DNA of 32,000 nt from a virus: the IMG/VR virus record IMGVR_UViG_3300045988_099134, positions 42,922 to 74,921 of that record. The stretch is one strand, 5' to 3'. Below are positions 27,574 through 32,000 of the stretch, piece after piece; position 1 is the stretch's first letter, and every line of letters begins with the position of its first letter. The position numbers were made by a program, and so were the translations under genes. The notes below the pieces were generated by a model. It did not search any database and was not told the origin of the DNA. It saw only the letters and a list, made by a program, of their open reading frames with translations.

Positions 27574-27610
27574 GAAGTTGGAATTGTCCGCTAAAACATC
27601 ATCCAACTTC
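27574..27610 (-). terminator. hairpin oriented as a minus-strand intrinsic terminator (or a recombinase/regulator site)
   Basis: GAAGTTGGA (27574-27582) and TCCAACTTC (27602-27610) form a perfect 9-bp inverted repeat with a 19-nt spacer. An A7 run (27567-27573) precedes it on the plus strand, which is a T7 tail on the minus strand. Confidence 0.4.
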
Positions 27611-27614
27611 AACC

Positions 27615-27644
27615 TTGATTAGGTCGTTTTTATTATACCATAAT
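27615..27644 (+). promoter_or_regulatory. candidate promoter for the recombinase gene
   Basis: TTGATT (27615-27620), an 18-nt spacer, then CATAAT (27639-27644), about 40 nt upstream of the ATG at 27686. Confidence 0.3.
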
Positions 27645-27685
27645 TTCGACCGTTGACTATATTTTTTATGCCAGGAGGAGAAATT

Positions 27686-28681
27686 ATGAAAGAACAATTT
27701 GTGAATGAATTTATTTCGTCTTTATCAGATGATTTTGATAAAGATATTTTAAGTGTATTGTTTAAGAAGTTAACTGTATTTGTTAACGGTTATGAAATAA
27801 AGCCTATTGAAACATCTGTAGCACTTTATACAAATTATATGCCTGAGTGCTATCAAACATACTTCGTAACAAGAAAGATTGAAGGAATGAGTATGAAGTC
27901 TTTGGAGATGTACGATCTTTACTTAAAAGATTTTTTTAGACAAGTACATAAGCCTATTAAAATGATTACTACAAACGATATTAGAGTTTATCTGTATAAA
28001 GTTCAGACTCAAAGAGGAATAAGCAACAGAAGTCTAGATGCTAGAAGAACTGTTATCAACGCTTTCTTTGAATGGTGTTGCAATGAAGAATATATAAATC
28101 GTAACCCATGTAGAAATATTAAGAAAATCAAGTATGAAGAAAAAGAACGCAAGCCATTATCATCCATAGAACTGGAAGAATTAAGAAATGCTTGTGTAAC
28201 ACTAAGAGATAAAGCTCTTTTTGAATTGTTGTATTCGACAGGGTGTCGTGTTTCAGAAGTTGTAAACTTAAATAAAGCAGATGTTAATTTTGAAACTAAA
28301 GAAGTTGTATTATTTGGTAAAGGCAATAAACATAGAATATCATACATAAATGCAAGAGCAGAGATTGCTTTAAAGAATTATCTTAATTCTAGAAATGATG
28401 ATAATAAAGCGTTGTTTGTTTCAGACAGAAAACCACATAAGAGATTATCAAAATTTGGAATCGAGAAAAGAATAGGACAACTTGGAGAATTAGCTGGAAT
28501 TGAACGTAGGATATTCCCTCACTTGATTAGACATACAACTGCTACAGATGGTTTGAATCGTGGCATGGGTGTTGAGGAAGTCCAAGCTATTTTAGGGCAT
28601 GAAAACATTGCTACAACAATGATTTATGCTAAAGTATCTAAGAACAATGTAAAATTACATCACACAAAATGTATTGTATAA
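27686..28681 (+). CDS. tyrosine site-specific recombinase (XerC/XerD-like phage integrase family)
   Basis: The ATG at 27686 lies 6 nt after AGGAGGAG; the ORF track start at 27653 is a TTG without an RBS. Catalytic signature residues are all visible: STGCRVSE (Arg), GKGNKHR (Lys), PHLIRHT (His-x-x-Arg), LGHENI (His) and TTMIYAKV (Tyr). There is an N-terminal SAM-like core-binding domain. Confidence 0.9.
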   Translation: MKEQFVNEFISSLSDDFDKDILSVLFKKLTVFVNGYEIKPIETSVALYTNYMPECYQTYFVTRKIEGMSMKSLEMYDLYLKDFFRQVHKPIKMITTNDIRVYLYKVQTQRGISNRSLDARRTVINAFFEWCCNEEYINRNPCRNIKKIKYEEKERKPLSSIELEELRNACVTLRDKALFELLYSTGCRVSEVVNLNKADVNFETKEVVLFGKGNKHRISYINARAEIALKNYLNSRNDDNKALFVSDRKPHKRLSKFGIEKRIGQLGELAGIERRIFPHLIRHTTATDGLNRGMGVEEVQAILGHENIATTMIYAKVSKNNVKLHHTKCIV

Positions 28682-28686
28682 GTTAT

Positions 28687-28723
28687 AGGACGTACTACAT
28701 AAAATGTACGTCCTTTTCTTTTC
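28687..28723 (+). terminator. intrinsic terminator after the recombinase gene
   Basis: AGGACGTAC (28687-28695) pairs with GTACGTCCT (28706-28714), the loop is 10 nt, and TTTCTTTTC follows. Confidence 0.75.
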
Positions 28724-28800
28724 ATTATATAATTGAGATGCCATAAAACAGTACCTTGGAAAATATGAGAGAGATGAAATATTTTTGGAGGTGTAAATTT

Positions 28801-29181
28801 ATGAATGTACAAGATTTTTTAACTTTATTACAGACTGCTGCTACTTTAGTTTGTGGTGGATTAGCTTTATATTTTAAATTCAGTACCAAAGCTAAAACTA
28901 AAGCAAAAGAAGTTCAAGAAGTGATTGCTAAAATTACTGCCCAAGCAGTTGTTTACATTAAAGAAGCTGAGGACAACTACAAAGATACAACTAATGCTGG
29001 TGGTAAAAAATTTGAAGAAGTTGTCGGCAAGCTTTATGATCTAGTGCCTGATGCATTGCATGGCATCATTACAAAAGAAATGATTAGTGAAATCGTTCAA
29101 AGTACTTTTGATGAAATTGAAGAATACGTTAAGATTCAATTAGATAATGGAATTGATAAAATCAACGTCAAAGGTGACTAA
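28801..29181 (+). CDS. holin, LL-H-like (N-terminal transmembrane helix plus helical cytoplasmic domain)
   Basis: The ATG at 28801 follows GGAGGTG (28787-28793); the ORF track start at 28756 is a TTG codon with no RBS. It has one transmembrane segment (LLQTAATLVCGGLALYF) followed by AQAVVYIKEAE...GGKKFEEVVGKLYDLVP...IITKEMISEIVQSTFDEI, the pattern I associate with Holin_LLH proteins. It lies upstream of the endolysin. Confidence 0.6.
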   Translation: MNVQDFLTLLQTAATLVCGGLALYFKFSTKAKTKAKEVQEVIAKITAQAVVYIKEAEDNYKDTTNAGGKKFEEVVGKLYDLVPDALHGIITKEMISEIVQSTFDEIEEYVKIQLDNGIDKINVKGD

Positions 29182-29582
29182 TGGGAAAAGTTATCACTAT
29201 TGATTTAGAATATGTTTTATGGCTTCTAGGTTTCATTGCTTCCGCTTGGGGAGTAGTAAAGATTATTAAAGAGCTAAAGAAACCTAATGACGATTTAAAA
29301 GAAACTGTTAGAAAACACGAAGAATGGTTAGCAAGAGACAATGAGAGAATAAAATCAATCGAAAGCTTAGTTATCACACAAGAAGGGATTAAGAAAGAAT
29401 TGAATGAACATTCTAGAATGTTAGGGGAACATGAGGAAAGATTAGAAGAAGATAAGCAACGTGGTAATTTGACATTAAAAGCAAATATCGCAATTATCAA
29501 CAATATGCTTTCTGAAAACGACAAAGATAAGCTCCAAGAAACTAGAGACGAGATTCAAGACTTTCTGCTAGATAAAAACTAA
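29181..29582 (+). CDS. membrane-anchored coiled-coil protein, lysis-cassette accessory
   Basis: 133 aa, with a TAATG overlap to the holin. It has an N-terminal transmembrane helix (YVLWLLGFIASAWGVV) followed by a charged coiled coil. Architecture only; family not recognised. Confidence 0.55.
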   Translation: MGKVITIDLEYVLWLLGFIASAWGVVKIIKELKKPNDDLKETVRKHEEWLARDNERIKSIESLVITQEGIKKELNEHSRMLGEHEERLEEDKQRGNLTLKANIAIINNMLSENDKDKLQETRDEIQDFLLDKN

Positions 29583-29595
29583 GGAGGAAAGAAAT

Positions 29596-29700
29596 ATGGA
29601 AGAAAAAGAAGTAAAATTTGAAGATTTATCAGAAGAAGCTCAATCAGAGTTATCAAATGGAAAAGAAGAAGGTGAAGAAGAATGTCATATTCAAGCTTAA
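29596..29700 (+). CDS. possible 34-aa acidic micro-ORF overlapping the endolysin start
   Basis: AAGGAGG (29581-29587) lies 8 nt before the ATG at 29596. Product MEEKEVKFEDLSEEAQSELSNGKEEGEEECHIQA. It overlaps the amidase start by 19 nt in another frame. Confidence 0.3.
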   Translation: MEEKEVKFEDLSEEAQSELSNGKEEGEEECHIQA

Positions 29701-30779
29701 CAAATAAATATATTCCCGCTAGCGCAGACAACTATATGCGAGGACGTGGTGGCTATAAAGTATGTAAAATTACACCACACCACATGGCGTGTCAGTGGAG
29801 TGCCGAAAGATGCGCTCAATCATTCCAAGTAAGCGGAAGAATGGCTAGTGCAAACTATTGCATTGGTTCAGACGGTACGATTGTTTCGAATGTAGACGAA
29901 GAAAACAGAGCGTGGACAAGTTCGAACTATTACAACGATTGCCAAGCTATCACAATTGAAGTTGCAAATGAAACGTGTGCGCCTAATTGGACTATCTCAA
30001 CTAAAGCATGGAATGCATTAGTAAATTTATGTGTTGATATTTGTAAGAGATACGGATTTAGATTAAATTATACAGGAAATGCGAATGGAAGTTTGACAGA
30101 GCATAGAATGTTTGCAAGTACAAGTTGCCCAGGCCCTTTCCTACACGATAGAATGCCTCAATTAGCACAAGAAGTAAATGCTAGATTAGATGGTCAGACT
30201 GTAGCACCAAGCGCTCCTAGCACTCCAAGCGCTCCAAGTGGTGAAAAGTATTCAGTCGGTACACCTATCTGCACAAATACATTAAGCGTAAACTGTTACG
30301 GAACTTCTAAAATCTTAAAAGGGGATTGGAACGGTTCAATTGGTAGAGTAATCAAAGGTGCTAAATATCCATATCGTGTTGATCGTAATGGAGTAGCTAT
30401 TGGATGGACAAATGATGCAGGTATCGATACAGACCCTCATACACCAGTAGGAACGACGCAATCAAGTAGTGAAGCTATCGACCAAATCTTGCATGAAGGC
30501 AGCTATGTTACATCTGTACATATGAAAATCGGCAATCAAGGCTTAAAGAAGATTGGTGATGATTTATGCTGCTACTTATCTCAATTAGGCGGTTGGTTTC
30601 CAATTCGTATGGTAGACAAAGTGCCAAATTCAGATGGATATAATGACAATGTATTGCACACCACAAATGCAGTTGTCTATGTAACTAGAATCAGAGTTGA
30701 TGCGGTTAATGTTCAAAAGAATATTGTTAAAATTGGCGGTATTTGGGTTGACCCAACACCATTAACAGAAATTGCGTAA
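29682..30779 (+). CDS. endolysin, N-acetylmuramoyl-L-alanine amidase (Amidase_2/PGRP type) with C-terminal wall-binding region
   Basis: 365 aa. Zn-ligand pattern: KITPHHMA (His), then TEHRMFASTSCPG (His-x7-Cys), plus ASANYCIGSDG and NRAWTSS. A Pro/Ser linker (APSAPSTPSAPSGE) is followed by about 180 aa whose family I did not recognise. RBS GAAGGTGA. Confidence 0.9.
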   Translation: MSYSSLTNKYIPASADNYMRGRGGYKVCKITPHHMACQWSAERCAQSFQVSGRMASANYCIGSDGTIVSNVDEENRAWTSSNYYNDCQAITIEVANETCAPNWTISTKAWNALVNLCVDICKRYGFRLNYTGNANGSLTEHRMFASTSCPGPFLHDRMPQLAQEVNARLDGQTVAPSAPSTPSAPSGEKYSVGTPICTNTLSVNCYGTSKILKGDWNGSIGRVIKGAKYPYRVDRNGVAIGWTNDAGIDTDPHTPVGTTQSSSEAIDQILHEGSYVTSVHMKIGNQGLKKIGDDLCCYLSQLGGWFPIRMVDKVPNSDGYNDNVLHTTNAVVYVTRIRVDAVNVQKNIVKIGGIWVDPTPLTEIA

Positions 30780-30904
30780 AGCACAAAAATAACACATATA
30801 AGTGTCAAAATTGTACAAAATGCGCAAAAATTACAATTAAATATCTATAAAAGCGTCATAATTAAAAAAATGACACAAATCCTTCAACTATTTTTTGTAT
30901 ACTT

Positions 30905-30937
30905 AGCCTATGATTAAGTTCATAGGCTCTTTTTTTA
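30905..30937 (+). terminator. intrinsic terminator of the lysis cassette
   Basis: AGCCTATGA (30905-30913) pairs with TCATAGGCT (30920-30928), the loop is 6 nt, and CTTTTTTT follows. Confidence 0.8.
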
Positions 30938-30983
30938 TGCTATTATTTTCATAGCTCATCTACTAGTGTAGAAAGAGTACCTT

Positions 30984-31017
30984 AGACCGTATGATGTTTG
31001 TACGGTCTTTGTTTTTT
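30984..31017 (+). terminator. second intrinsic terminator
   Basis: AGACCGTA (30984-30991) pairs with TACGGTCT (31001-31008), followed by TTGTTTTTT. Confidence 0.65.
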
Positions 31018-31027
31018 GTGTTATAAT
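30998..31027 (+). promoter_or_regulatory. promoter P1, extended -10
   Basis: TTGTAC (30998-31003), an 18-nt spacer, then TGtTATAAT (31019-27). It overlaps the 3' arm of the preceding terminator. Confidence 0.5.
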
Positions 31028-31095
31028 ATATGCACATAGATTAGCAGAGTGCACAATGCAACCAATATCATTCTATATTATTCTTATCTATACTA

Positions 31096-31104
31096 TGGTA
31101 TAAT
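31096..31104 (+). promoter_or_regulatory. promoter P2, extended -10
   Basis: TGgTATAAT. No good -35 element. Confidence 0.4.
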
Positions 31105-31110
31105 ATCTAT

Positions 31111-31208
31111 GCTTAGGGGAATACAATCGTATTCTATTTATCTCGTGTACCAATTATAGGAACAAGGAGAAACGAAACTGCTATGCATTTAGTTGTGTGG
31201 CAGTTTTT
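31111..31208 (+). ncRNA. candidate small RNA A (start approximate)
   Basis: P2 (or P1, giving about 175 nt) is followed by the hairpin GAATAC-aatc-GTATTC. The unit ends at the terminator CTGCTATGCA/TGTGTGGCAG (31178-31203) plus T5. There is no ORF with a credible RBS. Confidence 0.25.
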
Positions 31209-31212
31209 GCTA

Positions 31213-31221
31213 TGTTATAAT
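31213..31221 (+). promoter_or_regulatory. promoter P3, extended -10
   Basis: TGtTATAAT, immediately after terminator A. Confidence 0.4.
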
Positions 31222-31227
31222 AGCAAA

Positions 31228-31433
31228 GGCCAAAACATGAGAAATTCTAAGTGAACCATGTTAGCTTGATGCACAAATCCAAGTTAGGCATATGGATTTA
31301 TTAGTATTGATCTATAGTCATACCAAGCGTGGCTGATTGATATTATTTTTATGCAAGTCGACTACAAAGAAATATTATTTTCTTACCACTGAATAGAGTA
31401 CATTCTAGAAGTACTTGAAAGGTGGTTCTTTTT
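31228..31433 (+). ncRNA. candidate small RNA B (start approximate)
   Basis: P3 is followed by hairpins AACATG/CATGTT (31238-31262) and AAATCCA/TGGATTT. The unit ends at the composite hairpin ACCAC...AGTAC-attctagaa-GTACT...GTGGT (31385-31426) followed by TCTTTTT. Confidence 0.25.
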
Positions 31434-31453
31434 ATATAAAATTCATACTGATA

Positions 31454-31462
31454 TGATATAAT
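31454..31462 (+). promoter_or_regulatory. promoter P4, extended -10
   Basis: TGaTATAAT. Confidence 0.4.
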
Positions 31463-31468
31463 CATGTT

Positions 31469-31674
31469 GCTAGGAAAAGTAGAGTGATAAAGGCCCAAGC
31501 TCTCTTTGGTGTAGTGCAGATTGCAGACGTGCAATTGAATCTTAACATTTCTCTTTGTGGCACTAGCATAAACAACAACAAAATGTGACAATTGCTAAAA
31601 GCTCCCCTTTTTAGATACTGTCACCAAAACGATTCCATACCTCATCCACATCAGGTATGGTTTTTGTTTTTTTT
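31469..31674 (+). ncRNA. candidate small RNA C, about 200 nt (start approximate)
   Basis: It runs from P4 to a strong terminator: CCATACCT (31635-42) pairs with AGGTATGG (31653-60), followed by T5GT8. Internal helices are TGCTAG/CTAGCA (31467/31562), TTGCA-gacg-TGCAA (31521-34) and GTGACA/TGTCAC (31585/31619). The last helix encloses a CUCCCC loop. No plus-strand ORF is present. Confidence 0.35.
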
Positions 31675-31694
31675 AACAAATCTTAAAATTTATG

Positions 31695-31703
31695 TGCTAT
31701 ATT
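31695..31703 (+). promoter_or_regulatory. promoter P5, extended -10
   Basis: TGcTATATT. Confidence 0.35.
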
Positions 31704-31709
31704 ATTGAT

Positions 31710-31793
31710 GTGTTCTTCGTGGATGAACACACCCTTTCTAAGATAACTAAAACTTATGCAAAAGAGTCTCCTTACCAAGCGGGAGACTTTTTT
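31710..31793 (+). ncRNA. candidate small RNA D, about 85 nt (start approximate)
   Basis: A 5' hairpin GTGTTC/GAACAC (31710-31730) is followed by a single-stranded CACCCUUUCU-containing stretch. The terminator is AGTCTCC (31765-71) pairing with GGAGACT (31782-88) plus T6. Confidence 0.35.
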
Positions 31794-31832
31794 GTTTATA
31801 TATTATAAGGAAAGGAAACAATAATATGTTTT

Positions 31833-31862
31833 TGGCATAATGGCATAAAGTGCGTGGCATAA
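31833..31862 (+). repeat. three copies of TGGCATAA (two abutting, third 6 nt later)
   Basis: Copies are at 31833-40, 31841-48 and 31855-62. This is a candidate operator or iteron. Confidence 0.55.
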
Positions 31863-32000
31863 AACATGGAATATTTTTTTAGGTTCAATTAAATAAAATG
31901 TGGTCAAAAACGAGAAAATATGAGAACATAAAGTAAACTAGATGAATAAAAAATAAAGGAAAATAAAGAGCTAGAAACTTATAAATATCATTCAACAAAA

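Noticed and set aside
29596-29700. Resemblance of FEDLSEEAQSELSNGK to a double-glycine/RiPP leader peptide
   Set aside because: There is no GG or GA cleavage motif, no plausible core peptide (only KEEGEEECHIQA follows), and no modification or transport genes nearby.
28687-31027. Similar terminator-then-TATAAT arrangement after the recombinase (GTACGTCCT-T-run-TATAAT, 28706-28733) and after the lysin (TACGGTCT-T-run-TATAAT, 31001-31027), considered as duplicated cassette ends
   Set aside because: The stems differ in sequence and length and the similarity is only a few nucleotides, so I cannot distinguish it from chance by eye. It is noted only as something a formal alignment could revisit.
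31183-31254. 23-aa ORF MHLVVWQFLLCYNSKGQNMRNSK, considered as a type I toxin
   Set aside because: The start codon sits inside the terminator hairpin of unit A, the RBS spacing is 12 nt, and the hydrophobic stretch is too short to span a membrane.
31349-31591. 80-aa minus-strand ORF with a TTG start 10 nt after AAAGGGGAG
   Set aside because: The product has almost no acidic residues and is rich in Y, F, C and H. It lies antisense across two plus-strand promoter/terminator units, and it would have no terminator of its own. It is kept only as a low-probability alternative to the small-RNA reading.
31469-31634. Attempt to assign unit C to a known riboswitch or T-box class
   Set aside because: I found none of the signature motifs I know: no T-box GGGTGGTACCGCG-type sequence, and no SAM, FMN, TPP, purine, preQ1, glycine or c-di-GMP cores. 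There is also no downstream gene for it to regulate before the next promoter.

Overview
This window is the late (virion and lysis) region of a tailed phage or prophage from a low-GC Gram-positive-type host, judged from AGGAGG-class ribosome-binding sites (RBS), AT-rich codons and frequent ATGA/TAATG start-stop overlaps. Every convincing gene is on the plus strand. In order: (1) the end of an upstream unit of three micro-ORFs closed by a strong terminator (1-425). (2) A 420-bp non-coding region upstream of the terminase genes with a C-rich island and five helically phased 11-bp repeats. (3) Small terminase, large terminase, portal, three unknown ORFs, a P2 gpO-like protease/scaffold, major capsid and connector genes. 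(4) A large major tail protein, a tail-chaperone pair with -1 frameshift geometry, and a 1527-aa tape measure. (5) A cysteine-rich distal-tail block that includes a tail lysin with lysozyme-like and CHAP domains. (6) Fibre genes, one with three FN3 domains and one a beta-helix spike. (7) A tyrosine recombinase embedded between the last tail gene and the lysis cassette. (8) An LL-H-type holin, a membrane coiled-coil protein and an Amidase_2 endolysin. (9) About 1.2 kb of ORF-poor DNA packed with extended -10 promoters and intrinsic terminators. I recognised no rRNA, tRNA, CRISPR array or transposase. The four items most worth a second look are the AT-rich spike-recombinase-holin island, the promoter/terminator array that looks like tandem small-RNA genes, the cysteine-rich virion proteins with a duplicated 8-Cys module, and the phased repeats upstream of terS. 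All family assignments come from motifs read by eye and from gene order; no database search was possible.
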